A program made the position numbers and the translations under genes. From a virus (Duplodnaviria > Heunggongvirae > Uroviricota > Caudoviricetes), in IMG/VR virus record IMGVR_UViG_2585427756_000018: a stretch of DNA of 6,537 bases, one strand, 5' to 3'. Every line of letters starts with the position of its first letter. The first letter of the stretch is position 1. The notes under the pieces were generated by a model. It made no database searches, was not told where the DNA came from, and saw only the letters and a program-made list of their open reading frames with translations. Of this stretch, positions 1 to 6,025 are shown piece after piece.

Positions 1-953
1 GTCCAGATATGGAACGTGATGGAGCGCGGCGGCGGAATTTCATTATCCGCGGCGCTGAAAAACGTCAGACCGTCACGGGTCCACATCCCCGTGTTTTCAC
101 AGATCCACCGCCCGTTGCTCTGGTCAAGCTCAGACTGATGGATCACGCAGCCATGATGTTCACAGAGGTAGAAAACGCTTTCGGGGCTGTCCTTCTCCCA
201 TTTAAGGCCAAAAGGCGTGGATTCATCGCCAAATTTCAGATACTGCTCCTCCCCACAGTGTGGGCAGGGCACATAAAAACGCATGAAATGCGCCGACTCG
301 TTGGCCGCTTTTTCGATCTGGCAGGTGCCTTTGATTTTAGGCGTCGAGCCGCGAATGGATTTGGGCCATACAGAGCCCTCAATACGTTTATCCCCAAGCA
401 GGGTTGGCGAACCCTCTTTTTCGACATCCGGTTCGAACGAGGAAAGTTCGTCATAGCAGACCACGTCCACGGATTTTTCACGGTAGTTTTTGGCGGCAGC
501 GCCGCCCAGGCACCAGAAGCCCACACCCGATGAAAAGCGTTTCAGCGTGAGAGTATTGTCACGATGTTTACGCCCCAGCCATGGAGAAAGGTCTTTCAGA
601 CATGGCACATCCCGAATCGTCGCCTCCACGTGAGACTTCATAAAATCTTCAGCGGCAGAATCCGTGGGCTGAAAAAGCAGACTGTTTCGGGATTTATGCT
701 CAATAAAATACCCGACCACCCCCAGCAACATCTTTGTATAGCCAACACGGGCAGATTTAATCAGATTAACAGTCCGGATCTGATCATTCCCCATGCTGTT
801 CATGATGGCGATCTGGAACGGCAGCGTTTTCCATTCTCCCTCACCATATGAAGATTCTTTAGGCAGATAATAATTTTGATCAGCCCATTCAACTGGCGTC
901 ACCGGCAATGCCCTTATCAGGGGCTGTAATGCTGTTGTGACAGCACTCATCAT
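1..953 (-). CDS. A: Terminase large subunit, lambda gpA-like, N-terminal ATPase part (partial; continues beyond window start)
   Basis: Minus-strand frame open from ATG at 953-951 to nt 1, so absent from the ORF track. Translation MMSAVTTALQPL...LIKSARVGYTKMLLG (P-loop-like KSARVGYTK at nt 732-758)...MRFYVPCPHCGEEQYLKFGD...ITFHIW parallels lambda gpA nearly residue for residue, from memory. Start lies 1 nt after the Nu1-like stop. Plus-strand ORFs 9..533 and 564..851 are antisense to it. Confidence 0.9.
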   Translation of the reverse strand, partial: MMSAVTTALQPLIRALPVTPVEWADQNYYLPKESSYGEGEWKTLPFQIAIMNSMGNDQIRTVNLIKSARVGYTKMLLGVVGYFIEHKSRNSLLFQPTDSAAEDFMKSHVEATIRDVPCLKDLSPWLGRKHRDNTLTLKRFSSGVGFWCLGGAAAKNYREKSVDVVCYDELSSFEPDVEKEGSPTLLGDKRIEGSVWPKSIRGSTPKIKGTCQIEKAANESAHFMRFYVPCPHCGEEQYLKFGDESTPFGLKWEKDSPESVFYLCEHHGCVIHQSELDQSNGRWICENTGMWTRDGLTFFSAADNEIPPPRSITFHIW

Positions 954-954
954 A

Positions 955-1464
955 TTATTCAGTTGTTGCTCTGATATATTCATCGAGTAAATCCGGTAAT
1001 TTATCCCCCGCCCGCGCACACTGATTTGCCCCCTTCGCAATAAGGGTTTTCAGATGGTCAAGATGGCGCGGTGTTAAATCAGGAAACTGTCGCTGCATGG
1101 ATAAAGGGATGGAATCAAGCGTACTGGATAACGCCATTGCCAGCTTGCTGAGAGCAAAAATACAGAACCCGGTATCAATAAGTTTTCCTTTTGACACCTC
1201 ATTTTTTAACTGCTGTGTAACAGCCTGTTCTGCTGTCAGTTCCCATCTGGCAATAAGCAATTTCTCCTCATAGTCGTCTTCGCTATCACCATCAGGCACA
1301 TCGTTTTTACTTCTTCTCAGATACGATATGTAAAAATCGCGCCAGGCATCCAGATCCAGTTGCCCTCGCTTATTCGATATCGGGGCACCCGGCAATTTCT
1401 GCAATCTGCGAAGCTGGCGATCGGTCAGACTTAAATGCCTGGCAACTTCAGTCTGCGTAGCCAC
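955..1464 (-). CDS. nu1: Terminase small subunit, lambda Nu1-like
   Basis: ORF-track 169 aa. C-terminal half (FCIFALSKLAMALSSTLDSIPLSMQRQFPDLTPRHLDHLK...LLDEYI) aligns with lambda Nu1 from memory; N-terminus (TQTEVARHLSLTDRQLRRLQ) is HTH-like. GTG start at 1464-1462 with GAGG about 6 nt upstream and an in-frame TGA just before it. Sits between cos and the large subunit as in lambda. Confidence 0.85.
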   Translation of the reverse strand: MATQTEVARHLSLTDRQLRRLQKLPGAPISNKRGQLDLDAWRDFYISYLRRSKNDVPDGDSEDDYEEKLLIARWELTAEQAVTQQLKNEVSKGKLIDTGFCIFALSKLAMALSSTLDSIPLSMQRQFPDLTPRHLDHLKTLIAKGANQCARAGDKLPDLLDEYIRATTE

Positions 1465-1506
1465 TCCTCACCTCGCAAAAACTCTCACTTCACAATCACA
1501 ACAAAA

Positions 1507-1610
1507 CCGGTCATGTCCGGCTTACATGTCTATTTTTTGTGCATGTCCGGTTCACAGAAGACCTCTTTTTTTATTTTTCATATAGTTAACTTGAAGAGAA
1601 ACCGGACATG
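1507..1610. promoter_or_regulatory. cosB-like terminase-binding region: three copies of a 9-mer (two direct, one inverted) flanking an AT-rich spacer
   Basis: CATGTCCGG at 1512-1520 and 1542-1550, inverted copy CCGGACATG at 1602-1610, plus a partial CATGTC at 1525-1530. A T-rich spacer (1552-1600) separates the inverted copy from the direct pair, matching the lambda R3-I1-R2-R1 layout between cosN and the Nu1 start. Confidence 0.6.
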
Positions 1611-1647
1611 GTTCCCGGAAAATTTTCATAAATAGCGAAAACCCGCG

Positions 1648-1659
1648 AGGTCGCCGCCC
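1648..1659. promoter_or_regulatory. cosN cohesive-end sequence (12-nt overhang)
   Basis: Plus strand AGGTCGCCGCCC is the reverse complement of GGGCGGCGACCT, the lambda 12-nt cohesive end. The flank CTCGCGGGTTTTCGCTATTTATGAAAATTTTCC (reverse complement of 1615-1647) matches the start of the lambda left arm as I recall it. Confidence 0.85.
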
Positions 1660-1705
1660 CGTAACCTGTTGGATCGACGGAAAGGACCCGAAAACGAGAA
1701 TGATT
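1660..1705. promoter_or_regulatory. cosQ-like segment next to cosN
   Basis: CGTAACCTGTTGGATCGACGGAAAGGACCCGAAAACGAGAATGATTATCAC closely resembles the lambda right-end sequence that holds cosQ, recalled from memory. Exact extent uncertain. Confidence 0.55.
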
Positions 1706-1807
1706 ATCACTTACAGCAAGAATCGAATCTGATCTATTATGGTGCTTGCTATTATGTGCCGGCACAAGTGCGTCGTTTACCGTCATTTCACACAGAGGCA
1801 TCATCAA

Positions 1808-2059
1808 ATGAAAATCAGAAATATTCTCGCTATCTCCCTTGCAACATCATCCTTCAGTTGCCTGGCATTTAAATCCTCGCCCAATGTGCTACCAGGACCA
1901 ACGAATCAACTAACTGCGGTAGAAAGTAAAATTATCGGACATTTTTATGCCCCACACAGTGCATTACCCGGAACAACCATCACAGGGACATGTGACGCCT
2001 CCCCCGTCCCGGGATGCACCTGTCCGTTTTGTACTATGCTGCGTAGCCAAAACCGATAA
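1808..2059 (+). CDS. Hypothetical small secreted cysteine-rich protein (83 aa); doubtful
   Basis: Internal ATG of ORF 1739..2059 with GAGG 9 nt upstream. N-terminus MKIRNILAISLATSSFSCLA looks like a Sec signal peptide; C-terminus has CDASPVPGCTCPFC (four Cys). No family recognised; overlaps the alternative 1947..2300 frame. Confidence 0.3.
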   Translation: MKIRNILAISLATSSFSCLAFKSSPNVLPGPTNQLTAVESKIIGHFYAPHSALPGTTITGTCDASPVPGCTCPFCTMLRSQNR

Positions 2060-2120
2060 CATCCGCATTTACCTGGTATTACATGATGAGTTCACGCAGC
2101 GACTGATAGAGGAAGGAAAG

Positions 2121-2300
2121 ATGGTTAGTAAAAGCAAGGCGCATTGCCGCCGCATGCTGCAGGCATTGCAACAGACGAGAGCAGGTATTTTTGACCAGTT
2201 GGAAAACTGCCAGCATACTTTGCCCGAGTATATCGCCATCTCATCGGAAACCAGTGCAACTCTTATTCATCGGGTTCCACCAGAGAAAAAGAAGAAATGA
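2121..2300 (+). CDS. Hypothetical protein, 59 aa
   Basis: ATG at 2121 preceded by a strong SD (GAGGAAGGAAAG). MVSKSKAHCRRMLQALQQTRAGIFDQLENCQ...PPEKKKK. The ORF track extends this frame to 1947 (117 aa) but that start has no SD. Followed by a hairpin terminator. No family recognised. Confidence 0.4.
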   Translation: MVSKSKAHCRRMLQALQQTRAGIFDQLENCQHTLPEYIAISSETSATLIHRVPPEKKKK

Positions 2301-2305
2301 ACAGT

Positions 2306-2337
2306 GAGGCGTTGTGTGGCATACAACGCCTTCTTCC
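2306..2337. terminator. Candidate bidirectional intrinsic terminator between convergent genes
   Basis: Perfect 8-bp stem GGCGTTGT (2308-2315) / ACAACGCC (2323-2330) with 7-nt loop, followed by TTCTTCC on the plus strand and a T-rich run on the minus strand. Lies between the 3' ends of the plus gene ending at 2300 and the minus lipoprotein gene ending at 2423. Confidence 0.45.
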
Positions 2338-2422
2338 ATCATTCCTCGTCAGCCATGACAAAAATATAACCGCTGGCTCTTTCATTTTTCTCCTGCGTCC
2401 AGCCCCTCTCTACCTGGAAGCA

Positions 2423-2749
2423 TCAGGGACGTGACGGCGTAAAGATAAATTGTCTCTTCACTCCCTGACAGGGGCGATTCTTTTCAAATCGCCATTTCGC
2501 CATGGCCTTCACCACTTCATCACGAAACAAATTATGAGGCTCTGAGCGGAGAAAAACGATCCGTGTCACAGTCCCATCAGCACCAATATCGAACTTAACC
2601 TCAACCAGCCCCTTGATATAATTTGCTGCAGCATATTCCGGATATCGTGGATACACCGTCACTAATTGCCGGGGCTCATCAGCTTTTTGCTGTGAGCATC
2701 CCACTGCCAGGACAGATAACAGAAAAAGTAGTAAAAGGCGTCTTTTCAT
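2423..2749 (-). CDS. Lipoprotein consisting of a TonB C-terminal-like domain (108 aa)
   Basis: ATG at 2749 with AGGA 6 nt upstream. MKRRLLLLFLLSVLAVGC has a signal peptide and lipobox-like AVGC. The rest (YPRYPEYAAANYIKGLVEVKFDIGADGTVTRIVFLRSEPHNLFRDEVVKAMAKWRFE) matches the TonB C-terminal domain pattern (compare E. coli TonB ...[44 protein letters not shown], from memory). The ORF track 126-aa version starts further upstream without an SD. Confidence 0.8.
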   Translation of the reverse strand: MKRRLLLLFLLSVLAVGCSQQKADEPRQLVTVYPRYPEYAAANYIKGLVEVKFDIGADGTVTRIVFLRSEPHNLFRDEVVKAMAKWRFEKNRPCQGVKRQFIFTPSRP

Positions 2750-3059
2750 TTTTATTCCTACGGGTCTTATTCTGACAATATATCCTGTGTTCCAGACTGC
2801 CACATCACCACATCCTGTGCCATTATCTGACTCACATTACATACATCGCATCGGGATACAGTAGTAGCACTTTCTGTAATACAGCTTCCTGTTTCTTCCA
2901 CCATCGCACCGGGATAAACCCGCGAATCATTAACGCGGTAAAAACCCGGTGTGCATCGTTTTTAATTATCCCCGCACACTCGCGCAGAGGAGTCTCCCTG
3001 TCGGGCTGCGGTCTCTGTTAATGAGGGAATATAGCGACGATACGGCGCATCAACAAAAC

Positions 3060-3518
3060 TTATTTCAGGCACTGAGTGCGGATATAGTCCTGTGCCCCTT
3101 CCAGTTGCTTGTGCATCGTCATCAGCCGCTCTCTGAGGGTGAAATAATCCCGTGTAACGGTGTCTGCCAGTTGGGGGCCGGTTGCATTATCCACGCCGGA
3201 GGTGGTGGGGGCTTCACGCACGGAGCCTGGACAGGTGGCGTTGATCCGCAGGCGCTTACGACCAGCGGCAACGTCAGCGCGAAGAGTTTCATTTTCAGCT
3301 CTCGCATCGGCTAATTCCCTCGAGTATTTTGCATCGAGCGCAGCAACATCGCGCTGGCGCACCTGCATATCAGTAATGGTTGCGTTCGCCAGCTTCAGTT
3401 CACTGGCTTTGTTATCGCGCTGCGCTTTGTAGGTAATCGCGTTATCACGGTAATGGTCTGTTGCCATCCACAGCGCACCACAGGCCACCAGCAGAATAAC
3501 GATAAACGCGGAAAGCAT
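3060..3518 (-). CDS. Rz: Rz inner-membrane spanin (i-spanin)
   Basis: [35 protein letters not shown]...[28 protein letters not shown] parallels lambda Rz from memory. N-terminal TM segment, then coiled-coil-like region. ATG at 3518 preferred over the ORF-track GTG at 3533. Confidence 0.9.
   Translation of the reverse strand: MLSAFIVILLVACGALWMATDHYRDNAITYKAQRDNKASELKLANATITDMQVRQRDVAALDAKYSRELADARAENETLRADVAAGRKRLRINATCPGSVREAPTTSGVDNATGPQLADTVTRDYFTLRERLMTMHKQLEGAQDYIRTQCLK
3122..3307 (-). CDS. Rz1: Rz1 outer-membrane lipoprotein spanin (o-spanin), embedded in Rz in the +1 frame
   Basis: [61 protein letters not shown]: lipobox VSAC, proline-rich mature part, very close to lambda Rz1 (…[14 protein letters not shown]…GIISPSERG). 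Entirely inside Rz, as is characteristic. Confidence 0.9.
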   Translation of the reverse strand: MRELKMKLFALTLPLVVSACGSTPPVQAPCVKPPPPPAWIMQPAPNWQTPLHGIISPSESG

Positions 3519-3529
3519 TCGGTTTATGT

Positions 3530-3661
3530 TCACCCCAGCAACCCCGACGAAGACAACATCATCCAGGCCATGGAAAGAAAAAGAGCAACCAGCATTAGTG
3601 AAAATGAAATGCCGACAATTACACAGAGGATCTTCGCCAGCGTTATGAGTTTGTCTGACAT
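3530..3661 (-). CDS. Hypothetical small membrane protein, 43 aa, single predicted TM helix
   Basis: ATG at 3661-3659 with strong SD GGGAGGA about 6 nt upstream. [43 protein letters not shown]. Its TGA stop (3532-3530) overlaps the GTG/ATG region of Rz. The ORF-track 73-aa form has no SD at its start. Confidence 0.5.
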   Translation of the reverse strand: MSDKLITLAKILCVIVGISFSLMLVALFLSMAWMMLSSSGLLG

Positions 3662-3675
3662 GCTTAATCCTCCCT

Positions 3676-3858
3676 TCACGATTTCAACGCAATGACCAGT
3701 TTTGCCAGCCCATACAGCATCGGGGACACAGCAACACCGACCGCCACCCACTTAATGGCAAAAGCCAGTGCTCTGCTGATGTCATCAGTTACAGGCGCTT
3801 TCAGTTCAAGGCCATTTTTCATAGTCAACCTCAACAGAATTCGTTTACACTTCGCCAT
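3676..3858 (-). CDS. Hypothetical small protein, 60 aa (alternative start 3822 gives 48 aa), hydrophobic C-terminal segment
   Basis: [66 protein letters not shown] lies 3 nt before ATG 3858; GAGG lies 6 nt before ATG 3822. Its TGA stop sits immediately 5' of the SD of the next small gene (AAATCGTGAAGGGAGGATTAAGCATG), implying an operon. Confidence 0.45.
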   Translation of the reverse strand: MAKCKRILLRLTMKNGLELKAPVTDDISRALAFAIKWVAVGVAVSPMLYGLAKLVIALKS

Positions 3859-4014
3859 GTTCTCCCTTGCCTTACTCAAGGTCAGAAACACAAAACCTCG
3901 CTTGGTGCCAACAAACGGGGTTTTTACTTTTATTCACTTACGTTTCGCCAGTTCGCAGGATTTCGTGTTATCCGCCCGCGTGGCCATTCCTCATTTTTCA
4001 GCAAAATATTCTGC

Positions 4015-4548
4015 TTATCTGTCGATACCCCAGCACGCCAGCGCGCTCTCCTGGTCACGACGGGATACCTGACCGTAACAGTTGTTTGAACGAATACGGC
4101 AGTCTCTGCCACCGTCCTTAATCCACCAGCGAATCGCTTCGCAGGCACCTTTTCGATCACCAGCATTAATTCGTCTGTAAAACGTCGACGGGAAACACTT
4201 ACCGGGACCAATGTTGTACGGACAGAATGACGCGATCCCCGCTTTCTGGGGTTCGGTCAGCGGCACTCTGATGTTTTTCTCCACCCACGCCAGCGCTTTA
4301 TCACGCTCAATGGCGTTAACCTGGTCGCATTTTTCCTTCGACAACTTCATGCCCGGAACGACAGGTTTGCCATCCACCATGATGGCACCACGGCAGATGG
4401 TCCAGATACCTGCACCATCACGGTATGCTGTGGTGTGGTTGCCTTCCTTTTCATCCAGAAACTGGTCGAGAATGTCAGGCGCAGGCGCACCAGCGGCAAT
4501 CAGCGCCAGAACGGCAGCCGACAGGCCGTATTTGATTTTGGTGTTCAT
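4015..4548 (-). CDS. R: SAR endolysin (T4-lysozyme-like, phage 21 R21 type)
   Basis: 177 aa. N-terminal Gly/Ala-rich weakly hydrophobic signal-anchor-release segment (KYGLSAAVLALIAAGA). E-x8-D-x5-T catalytic spacing in DEKEGNHTTAYRDGAGIWTICRG, as in T4 lysozyme and R21. RINAGDRKGACEAIRWW resembles R21 INQGDIKGACDQLRRW, from memory. Confidence 0.9.
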   Translation of the reverse strand: MNTKIKYGLSAAVLALIAAGAPAPDILDQFLDEKEGNHTTAYRDGAGIWTICRGAIMVDGKPVVPGMKLSKEKCDQVNAIERDKALAWVEKNIRVPLTEPQKAGIASFCPYNIGPGKCFPSTFYRRINAGDRKGACEAIRWWIKDGGRDCRIRSNNCYGQVSRRDQESALACWGIDR

Positions 4549-4584
4549 GGATATATTAAATATTCAGCCGCTGTCCCTGGCCCA

Positions 4585-5475
4585 CTAAATACGCACTTTA
4601 AGATAAGTCAGCCCCGGATGAAGCCAGTAAGCCGGCACTTTTTTAAAGGGTGGAGTATTAAAATCACGAAGAAGAGCCTCCCGCACAATTGCATCCTTAT
4701 CAGCACCACTGGCCAGCGCTTCAATCTCAGCGGCTACCTGAAGATATCCCATGCAACGGCCAACGCGCTTCATCAGCCCCTGCTTTTTATTGTTCTTCAG
4801 GTAATCAATGGCAAATTCAATGAGCTCCTCACTGTGCTGGTGCGATGGAGGTGTTACTTTCCCATTTTCTGAGATGGTTATTTTCCCAGCATCACCGGAT
4901 ACAACAAAGGATGGCCGGTTACACTCCCATTCCAGCTCACTGAAATTATCATTATGAATACTGAAACACTCTGCGAGATTTCTGCTCATCACTTTCCGAC
5001 AATAATCGTCAAACGCAGCAAACTGCTTTTCATCGCCAGAAGGCACCAATATCGACCATTTCTTATTCAGCTCAACGACGTAGCTCTCCAGTTTTTCAAT
5101 ACGTGATTCAACATCATCTTTTTCTGACCGCAGTGTTGACGGCGGCATCTTCAGAGAACAAGTAATTCTTCCCGGTAGCTTTCCTTTGTAGGTTATCAAC
5201 ACATCCTGCGCCTCTAAAATTACGGGGCGCTTTTCCGGCAACGGTTCGTTCCATTCACATAACCCGGCAGCAACATCCATGAAAAACTGCTTCGCCTGCT
5301 TTTTCGCCTCAGCTTCGTAAAACTCCAGCGTGGCACCTTCAGTACGGTCAAGACTAATCGCCACATCTGGCAACAACAGCGACGCTTGCCCGTCACCTTC
5401 CGGCTTCACAGTAACAGTAACCTTATCCCCGTAATTATTTATCCCCTTAACAACCAGTTCATATTTTTTATTCAT
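4585..5475 (-). CDS. Hypothetical 296-aa protein inserted between pinholin and endolysin; family not recognised
   Basis: Uninterrupted ORF (track 4585..5478 uses GTG; ATG at 5475 preferred). SD GGGGAGAG lies inside the last codons of the pinholin gene, 7 nt before the ATG. Predicted soluble (no long hydrophobic stretch), with a probable coiled-coil stretch (DDVESRIEKLESYVVELNKKW). Hand-counted GC is about 40-42% on two 60-nt samples versus about 57-58% in terminase and endolysin samples. Confidence 0.8.
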   Translation of the reverse strand: MNKKYELVVKGINNYGDKVTVTVKPEGDGQASLLLPDVAISLDRTEGATLEFYEAEAKKQAKQFFMDVAAGLCEWNEPLPEKRPVILEAQDVLITYKGKLPGRITCSLKMPPSTLRSEKDDVESRIEKLESYVVELNKKWSILVPSGDEKQFAAFDDYCRKVMSRNLAECFSIHNDNFSELEWECNRPSFVVSGDAGKITISENGKVTPPSHQHSEELIEFAIDYLKNNKKQGLMKRVGRCMGYLQVAAEIEALASGADKDAIVREALLRDFNTPPFKKVPAYWLHPGLTYLKVRI

Positions 5476-5479
5476 CACT

Positions 5480-5695
5480 TTACTCTCCCCGCGCCGCCTT
5501 ACGCCGGTCCTCTTTGATTTTGAAATACAGGTTAGTCAGGTACGTCAGCAGCCCAAACAGCAGACTCCCCAGCACGCCTATTGCCGCCCACTGAGACGGG
5601 GAAACCCTGTCCAGCAACTGCAGGAACCAGTAGCCCGTTCCCACCGCTGACGTGGTGTATGACACACCTGTTGTGATTTTTTCCATCTGGTACAT
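5480..5695 (-). CDS. S: Class II holin (pinholin), phage 21 S21 family, dual-start 71/68 aa
   Basis: [71 protein letters not shown] is near-identical in pattern to S21 (…[26 protein letters not shown]…[20 protein letters not shown], from memory). Two TM segments, the first SAR-like. Two in-frame ATGs at 5695 and 5686; GGGAGA lies 6 nt upstream of the first. The ORF-track 89-aa form starts upstream without an SD. Confidence 0.9.
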   Translation of the reverse strand: MYQMEKITTGVSYTTSAVGTGYWFLQLLDRVSPSQWAAIGVLGSLLFGLLTYLTNLYFKIKEDRRKAARGE

Positions 5696-5736
5696 ACCCC
5701 GTCTCCCGTTATCCGGAAGCTCACAACAATATAAAG

Positions 5737-5758
5737 ACCACCGGCACACACCGATGGT
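5737..5758 (-). terminator. Candidate hairpin with U-rich tail between the truncated upstream gene and the pinholin
   Basis: Minus-strand RNA ACCAUCGG-UGUGUG-CCGGUGGU forms an 8-bp stem with one G-U pair, followed by CUUUAUAUUGUUGUG. It lies in the 76-nt gap between the upstream stop (5772) and the pinholin start. Function is speculative (attenuator, terminator or RNA stabiliser). Confidence 0.3.
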
Positions 5759-5771
5759 CCCTTGCGCAGGC

Positions 5772-5971
5772 TTACATCATCATGTCGCTGTCAGGTGTGG
5801 GTTCACCGCCATCTGAAGCACTCCCGTCACCCGCGATACCTTCCGGCTCCGGAACCGCTGGTACGCCCAGCAGCTCATCCAGAATGGCATCCACTTCTGC
5901 ATCAAGACGCGACTCAAGGTTCTGGCGGAGTTTCTGTTTCAGTGCGCTCAGGACTTCTTCAGAGCGCAGGA
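5772..5971 (-). pseudogene. 3' fragment (66 codons) of an unidentified gene whose 5' part is cut off by the IS insertion
   Basis: Minus-strand frame open from the IS boundary to TAA at 5774-5772: …[65 protein letters not shown]. No start codon; the frame runs straight into the IS left end. The two plus-strand ORFs here (5762..5974, 5782..6000) are antisense to it. Confidence 0.5.
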
Positions 5972-6025
5972 TGAACCGCCCCGGGAATCCTGGAGACTAA
6001 ACTTCCTGAGAAAGAGGTAAACAGG

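Noticed and set aside
9-851. Plus-strand ORFs 9..533 and 564..851 and minus ORF 236..526
   Set aside because: They are antisense to, or out of frame with, the terminase large-subunit frame, which is open across the whole region on the minus strand and has a strong lambda gpA-like translation. Shadow ORFs.
1435-1807. ORFs 1435..1635 (+) and 1586..1807 (-) spanning the cos site
   Set aside because: They run across cosB/cosN/cosQ, whose sequence matches lambda cos; no ribosome-binding sites and implausible products.
1669-1872. ORF 1669..1872 (+), 67 aa
   Set aside because: Starts inside the cosQ-like segment, has no SD, and overlaps the better-supported 1808 start in another frame.
2423-2749. 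The lipoprotein as a Bor homologue
   Set aside because: It occupies a bor-like position, but the mature sequence matches the TonB C-terminal domain pattern and not lambda Bor as I recall it.
2949-3432. Plus-strand ORFs 2949..3314 and 3160..3432
   Set aside because: Antisense to Rz/Rz1, whose minus-strand products match lambda spanins closely.
3530-3891. The two small membrane peptides as a Hok/Gef or TisB-type type I toxin
   Set aside because: Sequences do not show the Hok family signature or the TisB pattern as I recall them, and both ORFs carry strong SDs coupled to lysis-gene translation rather than the antisense-RNA layout of type I systems. Kept as unclassified small membrane proteins.
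3892-4014. Promoter or terminator in the gap between the endolysin stop and the first small peptide gene
   Set aside because: Only weak, imperfect inverted repeats and no convincing -35/-10 pair by eye; needs computational scoring.
3453-4211. ORFs 3453..3695 (+), 3692..4072 (+), 3867..4121 (+) and 3930..4211 (-)
   Set aside because: They overlap the SD-supported small minus-strand genes or the endolysin in other frames and lack ribosome-binding sites; low-complexity Ser/Ala/Arg-rich translations typical of off-frame reading.
4211-4872. Plus-strand ORFs 4211..4588 and 4435..4872
   Set aside because: Antisense to the endolysin and the 296-aa gene; no translation signals.
5762-6000. Plus-strand ORFs 5762..5974 and 5782..6000
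   Set aside because: Antisense to the truncated minus-strand gene fragment and running into the IS terminal repeat; Ser/Pro/Arg-rich off-frame artefacts.
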